From assembly GCA_910592345.1 (NCBI GenBank), contig CAJVPI010000025.1, forward strand, positions 1 to 64,000: a stretch of DNA of 64,000 nucleotides. The letters run 5' to 3'. The translations under genes and the position numbers were made by a program. Source of the stretch: Paraglomus brasilianum (Eukaryota). Under the pieces are notes generated by a model. That model saw only the letters and a list, made by a program, of their open reading frames with translations. It was not told the DNA's origin and made no database searches. Below, one piece after another: positions 1 through 12,447 of the stretch (position 1 is the stretch's first letter; every line of letters begins with the position of its first letter).

Positions 1-645
1 TAATTAGTTGCGAACATGCCATTCACCATCACAAAATCTAACATTGGAGAGACAGATAATGTCAGTTTGTTAATATTCATCCTTTTATCATGTAACTACT
101 TGCTGCTACAAAATGAGTGAACAGCACAGCCACATTTTTATGATTGAATTCCCATGGTTGATCATTCACTGTACACAAATTTCTATATCGATCAAGACCA
201 TTAATACTGTAATATCATATGCTGAGCACATAACCAATGAATCTTCTGTGTCGCATATAGATTTCCTAATTAGATTAACAGCTTTGATGCTAATTGGGAA
301 TAATATGACTGTACTAAGTAATTGGCGATATCTATAATAATAACGATAACAAAATGTTACTAATAAACTTTCGGTTATAACAAACTTTTACTAATAAATC
401 TGTTTATAACGGATCCGAACTGCCTTTCGAAATTTTGTATATTATATATGCTCTTCCTATAATGAACTGTCACTGGCGTCAATCTTACCAAATTTGCCGT
501 GACATTAAATATTCAATATTGGCGTTGAGACTTACGTTATTATTAACAGAAGACGGAAATTCCTTGATTTCATAGTGAACAAATTAGCATGTTAATTTAG
601 TATATAAAAACCCTCAACGCTCAGATATTGTAATTAAAAATAAAG

Positions 646-1560
646 ATGTCAACTCGAAAACGAACACGCTCAAAAACGAGGCAAAAAAAAAAAACAATCC
701 AAGTTTAAACAATGTTGAACTTGCAAGAGAATATAATATAGGGAAAGCGACTGTGACCGATATATTGAAGGAAAAGGAACGTTGGCTTTCTATTACAACC
801 GAACAGGCTAATTTGAAAAAATTTCGCGAACCCAACTGGCCAAAGCTTGAACAAGCTCTTAGTCTTTGGGTTAATAACGCACTTTACTCACAACAAGACA
901 TAACTGGTAACTTTAAAAGAAAAAGCAAACCAATTTGCAACCAAGTTTTCAATCAACAATTTTCGTTCATCGGATGGATGGTTGGCAGGGGTTTAAAGGC
1001 GAAGCTGCGAGTGCGCCGTCTCTTGAATTGTTAGAAATGCACGAGTTTCTTTACAGACTCCTTGGCAATTATAGTCCTGAAGACATTTGGAACGGTGACG
1101 AGACTGGTCTTTTCTGGAAAATGGAACCGTCGCGCGTTCAACAAATTGTCGGGTCACAAAAAAGATAAATCTCGAATTACACTTTTCTGTGCGGTAAATT
1201 CTTTAGGAACGTAGAAGATAAGCTCAGTTTTATTCATCAACATCATAGGCCTCGACCTAAATTACAATAACTTGCCAGTGTATTTCTACTGGAATAAGAC
1301 AGCTTGGATGCAAGTCAGCATCTTTAATGAAATTCTCCTTATACTTAACAATGATATGAGAAATCAAGGAAGAACAATCCTGTTGTTAATCGATAATGCA
1401 CCAGTGCATATCATTCTTGAAGAAACTGCTGAAAAACTGGAGTCTAAAGGTTGAATTACTTCCACAACTTTTCTTCAGCCCTGTGATGCTGGGATTATTC
1501 ATTCATTTAAATGTAAATATAGGGCCCTATTTGTTCAGAATCGAATCAAAGCATACACAA
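646..1560 (+). mobile_element. Degenerate pogo/Tc5 (CENP-B-like) DDE transposase, frameshifted
   Basis: Fragments in shifting frames: HTH-CENPB 'WPKLEQALSLWV', 'GEAASAP', 'YSPEDIWNGDETGLFWK', 'NKTAWM', 'ILLLIDNAPVH', 'LQPCDAGIIHSFK' (DDE_1 motifs); several frameshifts and stops. Confidence 0.9.
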
Positions 1561-2001
1561 AGTAAAAGGGGCAAAGCCCTTCATAATTCAAGCTCTAGTT
1601 TAGATTAATAAAAGAACCTTTACCACTTTCGGACAAGGGATTATCATTATATTTTAGCACTGAAACAAATTGAAATAGGTTAATTATTCTTGTGTCTTCG
1701 TAGTTGAATTATAATAAAAATACAAATTGCTGTTTATTATTATATGACTCAAGCCTTGTCGAAAATCAAAAGTTTACCAGAAAGATTCTCGGATAATAAT
1801 AATATTAATTTGGGCAATCTTTGGGTGCTTGACGATTCCTATCTAATTAATTTAGGCCTTCAATACATATTTATGATATAATGTGATCCGTCGATAGAAT
1901 TGTTTGCATCAAGTAATAAATATATTAATATCGTGTGCTTATAACACGTGTTAACTACATAAATAAAGCACAATACCCAATTGTCTCCTCTCGCCGTCTT
2001 C

Positions 2002-4462
2002 CTAAGAGGCGGAAATGGGAGAATATCCATTTATATAACTAGGAGTGCTGTTCCCGGACGGCTTGAAGGAGTCGGCTTCTTCCGCACAATACTTTTCGAA
2101 AGCTGCTTTTACAGATTGCGCCTTTTCGTCGTCAAGAAAAGAAGTCATCAGAAATAGTAGGGAAAATTTTGTGGGTGCTCTTGCGCGCAAGTAGAAATTC
2201 ATTACAAATTTTAAATAAACCGCCGAACGTAACATCTCACCTTTTCAGCATTTCGGACAAACACGCGAAGGTACTTCTCTTCGGGCACTTTATATTCTGT
2301 AAGTAGCATGACCAGGACGGCCCCAGTAAAAGAATGGATTCGATTGTTGGATTAACTTATGCAACACACAGACGTATAACCTCCACCCTTAAACTGTCAA
2401 CCAGATTTTGTTCCGACAAAACGTACTAGTACTAGTCCTTGATACCACGTCATCGTAAAACTTGATATCAATATGGTCTAATGCGGTTTCCTCGTGCAGT
2501 GCAAGTTTTATAACGCCAATCTTCACAATAACGTCCTCTTCGGAAAGGCCTTCGCCGCAGCTGGAAATTTTACTGACGTAATTCATAGGGCTCTAAGAAT
2601 GTTTAACGGGATATCAGCTTCACTATTCTCAAGGTCTATATTATGCCCTTTTTAAGACTTACTTCATCAAACGCAAGGCAGTCAGCAGGAATAGGACATT
2701 CTCCAACGAATTTGTAAAATTGTTTCTTTCGCAATCTTTTCAATATTTCTCTTGATTTTTCTAGTTTCTGTTGAAATAAAAGTAACAGGGTAACTAAATG
2801 TAGACAACCTTTTACTGAACTCCAATACCGTCATTACTAAGACTGACTACCACATTTAGCATACCGCTTCTGAAGAGTGCTCGATTTGTCGAAGGATATT
2901 GTCATCCAACTTAATGTACAGCTCGGGATCATCGATAGCCTGAGCTAATGAAAAGTGATCTTTGGCAGCTATTAACGCATCCGCTATCATTTCATCGACC
3001 GCCTCTACTATTATTCGTCGTAAGAGAAGGATTTAAAATAGAATTGTGTAAGACACTAGAAAGACACAGGTATGAACTCTCAATCATTTGTTGATTATCC
3101 TTCGCTTTCTGACCAAATTCCGATACTTACCAACCGTATGCGTGTAAACCCTCTTAAACAGATTGTACCTTGCATGAAACATATCGTACAAGTTTTGCCG
3201 TTCTTTGCATGGATAGGCTATCTGATAATTCACAACTTTTGAAGACAGCATCAAGCGATCGATATCGTAAACTTGTTTAAACCCGGTGTAATGTGAATCG
3301 CGTTGGAGGTAGTCGAATTTGTCAACGTCGACTGAATTACGCTCATTGGCTACTATATCGAATAAGAATGTGCGATCTTTGGAGGGGCTGTAGAACGGGT
3401 TGGCACGAAGGAAAGGGATTATCAATCGTTATGTTATGGCGACGTAGTAATTTAAAAACGACAGACGTCAATGCTGTTATATGATATTACGGAGTTCCAA
3501 TAATCAGCTGGTTGATGACTTTAATATCATCATCGTCCAAAAACTCAAGATCGTTAGCCAAATGGTTTACCATCATCTCGGATGCCTTCTCATGACTCCA
3601 TTTTTCTCCACCTAGTCTGTTGGAGACAAAGATTTAATATTAATGCGGAGTTGGAGGGAAGTAAAATGAAGATTGGGAACGTTCAAAGAATAGGAATAAA
3701 TGGACAGTATCGTCCAATTTCGTATAAATTGTAGACCAGCGCATACTTTAGTCTCGGTACGACTATGTTATCAAACACGTGACTGAACGGACCATGACCT
3801 ATTCGAGGTAGGACGAATATAAATGTCTTTCTTTTCACACCCCTCACCAAGAACATATAATGTTTTCCTTTGTACAGATTCCTTCACAGTACTAAAAAGC
3901 ATAATGTACACTAACCCAAGTCATGACATAATCCAGCAATAGTGACGCACTTGACCTCCCTATCGGTAATCTTGAGTTCTTTTTGGTCACGTTGGAATCT
4001 TGAAATCAATGAATTTGCTAATACTCCTACACCTGAGTATGTAGTAGCGAGAGACCGAAGTTATGTGGGCTGTTTCTGGGAATCTCATGTTCATTCGTTC
4101 ATTTTATTCATAAACTGCTTCCTTTAACAACCACCAGTCTCTCATTACCTAAACAATGGTCAAATCGTGTGTGTTTAGCGTTTGGAAAGACATATTTTAC
4201 GGATCCAAGCTGTTTGACGTTGCGCAGTCTTTGAAATTGTGGCGTATCGACTACATCCAGCATCCATGGAGTTAGCTTCATAAGTTTGGAGTCAGTATAG
4301 GGATACTAAGTAGGTTAGCATCGAATGACTGGTGGGATGTGTCTTGTTATAAACCCTCTTCTCAACAGGCGAACAATCTGGGTAACTCACATAACTATCC
4401 CCTTTTACTGGGTCGCAGAATATCTTGGGGGATTTGTTACGGTAATTCGCACAATTATCCAT
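2002..4462 (-). CDS. SAMHD1-like HD-domain dNTP triphosphohydrolase, about 10 exons
   Basis: Spliced by eye at GT-AG introns: 'KIFCDPVKGDSY|LTPWMLDVVDTPQFQRLRNVKQLG..FPNAKHTRFDHCLG|..CVTIAGLCHDLG|HGPFSHVFD|..WSHEKASEMM|..FLFDIVANERNSVDVDKFDYLQRD..MFHARYNLFKRVYTH|..'. Stop at 2002. The ATG at 4462 is tentative. Confidence 0.88.
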
Positions 4463-4500
4463 TTTCACTGTGTCGTAGATTATCTTGGGGGATTCGTTAT
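4381..4500. repeat. Two-copy 60-bp tandem duplication at the 5' end of the SAMHD1-like gene
   Basis: 4381-4440 ggtaactcacataactatccccttttactgggtcgcagaatatcttgggggatttgttac vs 4441-4500 ggtaattcgcacaattatccattttcactgtgtcgtagattatcttgggggattcgttat. Confidence 0.9.
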
Positions 4501-5439
4501 GGTTTGTAATGGTTGAGATAAAAAATTGTCTGTGGTAGAAAGAGAAGGAAGAATATTTTTCGATATTGTAGTAGAAATAGTGACGAAAAGTAAGTAGTTG
4601 TTGGCGTTAACTGGTTTGCTATTTAAATATTTTTGAACGAAATTGTCTATTATATTGTTTATTACTCAACACTTACTCTGATAGTCCTGTTCTAACTTAT
4701 ACTGATTATCCCCTATTACTATCCTCTTTGCTCATCTAACAATGTCCAGTGTTAACCACAACCAAAATTATATATATTGCGTGTTTATATGTCACATGCA
4801 CCTGACAAATGCTGTTTATTACCATTATTGTAAAACAAAGTCTTTTATTCTAATTTACAGTATAAATTATAATCCTAACAATGTCATGGTAACCGATAAG
4901 TAATAATCAAACAAATTAGTTAATCGAAATGGCAAGGTTTATCAATCATGATTATCACCCTTGTGCAAGAAAGGGCAGTTCGCCATCGATTCGCCGAGTT
5001 TGGCACGTTCGGAGTTTAGAACGCTAATATTCGATATCAATTTACGCCACATACATTTGACCGACCAATTACAATAAGACATTCTGAAATAGTCTGTAGC
5101 ACGAAAGTTCTCATGACACGATATTTATTATGTAATGCGAGCATACTGTTACACTTGTTCTGAATAATAAGTTACACATCCCTAAACGTAACATTCCCTA
5201 AATGCTCACACTGTGTTTTCCCTACAATCCCCCTACACACTCGCTCCCCCAAGTTCGTAGAACTTCTAATGCACATTGTGCGAATTTACGAAGAGTTCGT
5301 GTGTATTGTATTCTTCTTAGAGATGCAAAGGATAAACCAAATACACTGCTCGCACCCTCATGAAACGCATCAAGTCGATCTATCGCTTGGATCTGTGTGG
5401 ATACTCTTTCCTTATATTATTTTATTGATTAAGGGAGAT

Positions 5440-7330
5440 ATCAGTCAGGTATGAAGTAACCTATTACCAGAATACGTTGGCAATATTACGGTTACAGATC
5501 TTGTTATTATTATAGAAAGCTCACCATTTGCGATGTCGTTATCAATGGAATCTATGTCCATTGCATACCAATCCTGACAGTAGCTGAGAGACACAATTGT
5601 CTGATACAATTTCAGCGATGTGACTACGTCGTCCTGAATCTTTACCTCCATCAACTATGAATCGCAACGCTTGAAGGGTGTTGTAATATCGACCAAGATT
5701 TAATTCCAAATCTTTACGATTGGTATGTAATACCAGACCTTTAAAACTCGATGGACCATTTCTTTGGTACCTTCAGCCGTATTATGAAGTGTTGCGAAAT
5801 TACGAGCATGTTGAGGAAGATGTAAGTTGGCATGAACATCGGAAGATTCTTAAACGTATCAGGAAACATATATATATAATTAAATTAAAATATGGGGGGG
5901 GGGGGGTTTGTTTGACGACAGTTTTTTGGTGTTATTTTCACTTTTTACTTTTACATACCTTCACCAAGATATCTCGTTCTTCATTCAGAGTCGATTGTAA
6001 AGCATTATAGTCAAGCTCAGTGAAAGAGCGAGAGAACACCATTTTGCAACAACTACCCAACAGTTCATTATATTGTTGATTACTTGACTGTCTCGTTGCA
6101 AACTCAATCGCTTTTTAAATTCTCAACGAGTATGGCTTTTTAAATGGGGAGGTGCTAGAAAACATTGTAATATAAACGGTACCAGCATTGCAATGTTTAA
6201 CACATTGCTGAACGTGAAACTATGTAGATGAGTGGTAACGCTGACCATCTTGTGGGTTTTTCTATGCGCTTCCAATAATATAGCCATTGTTCTTGTCCGC
6301 CATTGCTGAATAAATTCATGGTTAGGTCCAGAAGCTTTATCGTCTTTCCAGCCATAGAATGGTATGTGTCTTGGGGTGTTTGTTTGTGACGATATCAACG
6401 TATCTAAGGGTCCCGATTTTAGCATAATGCCATGCTCTGTGGACCATCGTTCTCTCTTTTTTTTAATTTCCTGGTTGAATCCAATGTGGTCATACTTAAA
6501 ATCGATAAGGTGCATCCGCCATACAAGTACGGCACCCATGATTTGCTCCGTGTTTCTTCACCCTTGCAAAACCATCAAGCGACAACCCATTGTTTTGTTG
6601 ACATAAAAACACCATCTTACGTCATGACAGAATGGTTCCAAAAAGTCCTTAAGATGCCCGCCAAAGGGTACAAAACCGATTAAAAAGTGATTTGGATTTG
6701 TTTTCGCATGTTAAACGGCATATTAATATTTCCGAGCTGTAAATATACGCCGTTGAGCTTGTAGAAATGATTGCGATAAGCTCCAAATTCATCATCATAC
6801 AGGTTTATAAAATTTTTAGAACTGGGAACCCTGGCGGTGCTACAATTGAAGGTACATATTCAGCAGGTAATCGGTGTCTTTGAGGAAGTGGTTGAATTTT
6901 CATGAGTTGTGAATTTTATAAATTTATTTCTTCATATTACCGTACAATATCATTCGTTGCCAGATGTTTCTGACGTTTTCCAAATGAGTACGACTAATTT
7001 TTAACACGTTTTACGATCTCAGTAGTAAACTGTTCTCTTATTAGTACACGTTTCTTTTTCAGATGGCGGCTGGCAGTTATTTCTCGCCGTTTATTGCCTT
7101 TAACTGGGCCATTAAAATATATCTTGTTCAGATCTCACGTAATTCGGCAAATGGTTTCCGCGGAACCATTTTTGAGTAACCGCAATTGCAACCTCTCTTC
7201 AAGAAACGATGGCATTTTCATATCCGGTGGAGCCATTATATTCACTATTTTTCATCTACGCTGCAAGATTTTGCTGTTGATTGTTATGTTTGTCAGTCTA
7301 ATTTTGAGTTTATCTCACTTTCACAGTAAT
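5440..7330 (-). mobile_element. Decayed EnSpm/CACTA(CMC)-like fungal transposase
   Basis: Minus-strand fragments 'KIFINLYDDEFGAYRNHFYKLNGVYLQLGNINMPFNMRKQIQ', 'FLIGFVPFGG', 'HNTAEGTKEMVHR', 'TNRKDLELNLGRYYNTLQALRF' resemble a Glomeromycotina transposase family as I recall it; many stops and frameshifts. Confidence 0.65.
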
Positions 7331-7642
7331 ATGTAATTGTGGTACGCAATTTACATACAACATATGAAAAAATCTAAATTTTCGAAAATCTCTACTGACC
7401 GTATCTACTAAGCAAAACTGGTTGTATTTTCAGATAAAAGTAATGCTATTTTTAAATATATAATTTTATATTTTATTTGAGACGTTACCAACATTGTAAG
7501 TACTCTAATATGGAGTTTCATGATCAATAAATTTCATTCACATTCTATTTTGTCTTGATAGTCTCGTTGCATATGAAATGTTAGAAGATAATCCTCTCAA
7601 GAGTTATGAGATGTTAGAGGAAGAATACATGAACACCTATAT

Positions 7643-7960
7643 ACAGTGTGTTAAGAAAAAAACGGCGGTTAATAAAAGATGCGTTTTTTTGTAATATAAA
7701 AAAATACACGTTATTAATAATAATTGTACTAAAATACGATCGAATTCCATATCCAATGAATAAATTTTTATAAGCGCAATTTTTTGCTTACAAGTACTTT
7801 CTTTTGTTTATACTTTTGTAAAGACGGTTAACGCGAAGCTCGAAACCCAATGACAAACAATTAAACATTACTGGCTCAACGGTACCAATTCAAACAAAGT
7901 AAAAGAAATACACAAAATAACAAACATTCCCCTTCGTACCGTTGAGGAAACGAACGTAAA
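7643..7960 (+). mobile_element. Tc1-like left end with truncated HTH
   Basis: TA-CAGTGTG start near 7642; downstream 'IKHYWLNGTNSNKVKEIHKITNIPLRTVE' resembles a Tc1 transposase N-terminal HTH. Confidence 0.5.
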
Positions 7961-8002
7961 ACCAAGGTTATACAAACATTGTCTCGTGTTACAAGCGAGT
8001 AG

Positions 8003-8133
8003 CCTCAGGCTAATGCAGTATGTTAAGTTACCAAACGTGGCCATACATCATTAGCGAATCATCGACCTCAGCTGATGCAGTATGTTAAGTTGCCAAACGT
8101 GGCCATACATCAGGTAAGATATTTAGCGAATCA
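8003..8133. repeat. Two-copy ~63-bp tandem repeat
   Basis: 'cctcag..atgcagtatgttaagttrccaaacgtggccatacatca..ttagcgaatca' starting at 8003 and 8066. Confidence 0.85.
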
Positions 8134-8227
8134 GGCCATAGATCAGTATTTTATGCAATGTGAAAAATAATAATAAACGTATTAATGTTATCACGTGATT
8201 TACTAGTAATGCACACTCATATATTAT

Positions 8228-8289
8228 CCCTAAATGCACGCTCTCAACTTTTCAGTCCCGAGGGCGTGCATTAGGGAGAGTTGACCGTA
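8228..8289. mobile_element. Solo mariner/pogo-type terminus with internal hairpin
   Basis: ccctaaatgcacgctctc ... gagggcgtgcattaggg imperfect inverted repeat, ending gagagttgaccg-TA. Confidence 0.45.
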
Positions 8290-8419
8290 GCTTGAAATTA
8301 AGCCATTTGTTTGGGTCGTATGACATACAGTCAAATTTTTTATTATTTAGTTGCGTCACAATTAACTAACCTCGCAATAATAAAACGCGAGTATTACAGG
8401 GTTTCTAAACGAAAGCAGT

Positions 8420-9745
8420 GAAGGACCATTCCAACTGAAGTTGGACTTATATTTAAAAAGCCTCAAGCACATTATGAACTCTGAGCAAGGAAAGAGGCGT
8501 GAAAAAGCAGAACATCTCTTTAATAAATATTATAAGGAAAGTAAAATTTTTTTGTTGGAAATGTAGTTGAGAAGTGGCGTGGCGGGAATCTCTTAGTTTC
8601 TTTGTCACGAAACCAGTGTTGAGGGCACAGGCAATCTTTTAGTTTGGCTGATGCTCAAGTCTCTTAGTCTCTCAGTACTGGTCCCATCGGGGGCACAGGC
8701 AATCTCTTAGTTTGGCTGTGTTAAAGTCTCTTAGTCTAGCTGATGGGATGAAAGTCAAATGAAAAATTTTGGACATACTAGTTGAGAATGTTACTAATAC
8801 TTCGAATTGTCTACTTAGGATGACCCTCAACCTGATTCTCAAGTTGCACGACAATGGCGTAGGTTAGCCAGTGGATCTTCGGTTCATTTCCACCAAATTA
8901 CGGATAGCTCTGTAATTGGAATTAATAATGGAGTTCTCCATGTAAAGAAAAGAAGTAAAAAGAGGTACAGATGTGCATTTTAGTTAGAACTAATTGCCTT
9001 ATTATTATAATATGTGCCGAACGGACTGCAATTTTAATTATTTAGGATGATCAGACTAAGCAAAACCAAAAACGGACAAAAGTTATAATGGTGGATGGCG
9101 ATGAAGATAATAATAAGGCCGAAACGATAGATGATAATAAAGACAAAATCGAAACAACAAGTAAGATCGAAACAGGAGATGACTATGAAGATGAGGTCGA
9201 AGCCTTGAATTTGATTTTGATTCAGTTATCAAGAGTTTGCAACAAGAACCATTACACGAAGTATTAAACTTTTGATTTCTTATTGCTTTGTTACTTTTTT
9301 TTACTATTGTTTCTGTGAGTCAGTGGGAAGTTGGTGGTATAAACATTACACAAAATTCCGTGAATATCAGCAAGAGGTTCTTGAAACACTTAAAACAACT
9401 GATTAACCTGGCATAACACATACAAAGTCCTGTAAGTAACAGCATAGATGAATCCAATATTATGTTTACATAAATGTGCTCACATGCAAATGTCATTTTA
9501 TATTACACTTTAGGGCACTATCAGCCATAATTGTGCTCTGTAGAAACTGTCCTTATCCAAATTTTAATGACAAAGAGTGGCAGACAATAATTCTAACAAA
9601 CAAATATACAATCCATGAGCCAGTGATGCCAGCTTCAGTATCAACTGCCTTACATGAAACTGTGATCAAGCATTTGTCAGGCCAGGACAGTTATATGCAT
9701 GCAGATGAAACTCCATTGAACAGAACAGTTGCACAAACCTTCATT
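8420..9745 (+). pseudogene. Decayed spliced gene of a multicopy hypothetical family
   Basis: Exon-like pieces 'KSLKHIMNSEQGKRREKAEHLFNKYYK', an acidic stretch, 'WEVGGINIT', 'ALSAIIVLCRNCPYPNFNDKEWQTIILTNKYTIHEP..', with gtaagt/ttag splice sites, frameshifts and stops; truncated at about 9745. Confidence 0.5.
8623..8737. repeat. Two-copy 68-bp tandem repeat with tctcttagt subunits
   Basis: 'gggcacaggcaatc..ttagtttggctg..aagtctcttagtct' at 8623 and 8691. Confidence 0.8.
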
Positions 9746-9747
9746 CA

Positions 9748-10062
9748 GCTAAAGATATTCACAAAGCAACACAGATTCCAATGCATACTATTTATAACAA
9801 CTTAAAAAAATTGGATAAATTTGGTAGTGTAGACTGCAAAAAAGGAGCTGGTCAACCTAAAAAAATCACTCCTAATGTTGCATGATACATCAGTCAGTGA
9901 TTCTGCAATTTCCTTGCATTCCATGAAAACTAAATTGGCTTGGAAAGGTGTACAGGTCTCCCACACTACAATTGCAGCACATTTGATAGCCCTCAGGTAC
10001 AATAAAAAGCTGCCAAAAGCCACCCTGATGTTAACTGAAGCTCACAAACAAAGGCAGGTGGG
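9748..10062 (+). mobile_element. Tc1-like transposase N-terminal fragment
   Basis: 'AKDIHKATQIPMHTIYNNLKKLDKFGSVDCKKGAGQPKKITP' (GRP-like linker mutated to GQP) and 'VSHTTIAAHL..YNKKLPKATLMLTEAHKQRQV'; TGA stops at former CGA codons. Confidence 0.8.
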
Positions 10063-10343
10063 ACTTTGATCTTGCAAAGCGACATTTTGTTTCTATAACC
10101 ATTAACATCCTGCTGTAATTGTACTATCTGAGCATCTCGATCATTTCAATCATCTTGTTGATTTGTAATATCATCTAAATCCTGGTCTATTCTTTGATAA
10201 TTAGTCTGAATAGTATCTAAAGTACCATACATACCTTGGACAATATTGGCAGGATTGTTTAATGGTGTACCATGTCCTCTGAAATGGGTTTCAAGTCGAT
10301 GTAACCCCCAAGTGATATTTACAAAGGGATCTATATGTGCCAT
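10063..10343 (-). pseudogene. Truncated repeat-associated coiled-coil ORF ('MAHIDP..'), possibly gag-like
   Basis: 'MAHIDPFVNITWGLHRLETHFRGHGTPLNNPANIVQGMYGTLDTIQTNYQ..', continuing past a TGA as 'NDRDAQIVQLQQDVNGYR'. Family identity is uncertain. Confidence 0.4.
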
Positions 10344-10346
10344 ATT

Positions 10347-10950
10347 AATATGAACTCATAATTTCCGCGAGTTTTCGAATAGAGCCTCCACCATTAAAGA
10401 TAATAATGTGAGTAGCGTTTTCACATATATCTGTAGGAATCTTGTGAAATTTTTGTGCTGTATATATTGAAGAGATATTTTCATGTCGCCCCCTAGTGAA
10501 AATGGAATAATTTTTTTCTGTTTAGCTTGGAGATTAGAGTAAAGATCTTCGACTATCATTACTGTACTTCTTTTAGCATTAAACTTTTTTGGATCAGGAA
10601 TTCTATCAGGAGTCAGTGTAGAAAATGTGACACCTTCATAATATAAATAGGGTTTCGATTTGTCTTGTGCAAGATATTTATAGAAATTTCGAACTATTCC
10701 ATATTTTGGCTCGTTTAAATGGTGTCCACAAGAACTACATCGTTACATTTAACATTGCGTTCTCTTATTTTAGAACTCCTTTTCTTCTTAAACATGTAAT
10801 AAAATTTGGGCATTACTAGCTACCTGTATTGCTGGCCCCTGCCATTACGATACGAAAAGGCTGCGTTGGTGCATCTTTATCTCCCTGATATTTTTTTGAG
10901 GGTTTAACTTCATCTACATTAAATACACAATAACATTTTTCGTTATAAAC
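10347..10950 (-). mobile_element. Polinton/Maverick- or virus-type A32-like (FtsK-HerA) packaging ATPase relic
   Basis: Walker A 'PFRIVMAGASNTG' (broken by a stop/deletion), Walker B 'TVMIVEDL', and after a frameshift 'FTRGRHENISSIYTAQKFHKIPTDICENATHIIIF' (Arg-finger GRH, Q sensor, IRxN-like motif). Confidence 0.75.
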
Positions 10951-12400
10951 TAATATATATAATATATTTTTATTCCAATAACTAGACGTGTGTAGTGTGC
11001 CGCCCGATTCCATCGGTCGGCCTTTAGAATTTTACCGTTGGATAAATTTAAGCTAAATGTATTTCCCGACTACTAGTGCGGGAAACTCATTCCAAGAGAA
11101 AATGCTGGAATTATATTTGTATTTTGTGTTCAATAAAAGCAAAATTATGCTTTCTCATAATTACATCTTAAGGGGTTTCCAAATAATTCTAATCAGCGTG
11201 GGCTATTATTTTTTTTTGTGGATTAAAGTATAGTATTTAAATGCGTTTGAATGATGAAGTTAATGTTTATGATGGTCATTTGTTGTACTCAAATTTAACT
11301 TGCACTTAAAACGTAAAAATAACACCAATATTTAAATTAACATGTTATGCTTACACTGCCGCAAAACGATTACTTTAATCTATTCGTGCCATCGGTAAAC
11401 TGATAAATTGGTGGAAAATGTTAAATTGTAGCACTAGACTTGGCGCTCCAACTAAACCACCTGATTGTTAGAATAGTGCGTTATACCAAATCCAATCAAG
11501 CATTGAATCGACATGCCATTGGTCAGTTGTTTGTTTTTTGACCACCACCACGGTTTATTATGTTACCACCAACGAGTACCAAAACTTCACCCGATTAATT
11601 AATTCGAAAACAATTACAACACAATCCGTAACGATAGTCAGTCGCTAGAGGTCAACTGGCTGGAGAATAATGGTAAAGAAAAAAAAACCTTTGACAGAAG
11701 AATCCCATCAAACTTCTCGAGTTATTAATTCTATGTATTAACTATATTTATTAAATAACAATAGTTAGATAAATTCTGCATGTGTGCTCAATAAAAGACC
11801 CGAAATGTCGGAATTTTGCAAGAATAGTCAAAAACTACTCTAGAGTTTTCGATTCTAAACACTTATCTCAACGCAAAAAAGCACAATTGCCTGATTTTTT
11901 GAACGATTTACTTGCGAAAATCAATCACATTGTTTATTCATACTACAATCACCAATCATAAATGCTGTGATAGTGAACGCAAAGCATCTTTGGATAATTT
12001 GTTATTTGCTTTTTTTATAGGATATTGATGTTGGAAAGATTTGTAATTTAATTTTTCGAGGATAAAAATGAGTGCGGAACGTCAGGTGCCGGTCAGTCAG
12101 TCTGCGTATTCATTAGAAATATGTTACGTTTGCGGATTTTGAAACAATTACCTCATAAAAAACAAAACGCATCCATAACCTCTCCAAATTTGGGTCGAAC
12201 ATATTGTTACTAGCTCTTTATGGCAACAAGTTGCTATAATGGCAAGATCAAACATTGCCCTCTGTTTCGTACTAATTTGCTGCATTATTAAATGAGAAGT
12301 AGTTTGATAAAAGTCTATTTTTAAATGATCCTATCCTAGCCACAAGACTGAAAGAATTATGCATAGTTTAACCAAAAATAATGTTCTCGGATAAATTTTA

Positions 12401-12412
12401 TCACCACTACCA

Positions 12413-12447
<35 letters not shown>

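Noticed and set aside
8003..8133. Repeats here and at 41.2 kb and 60 kb as CRISPR-like arrays
   Set aside because: Only 2-5 degenerate copies, no regular unique spacers, no cas genes, and a eukaryotic context.
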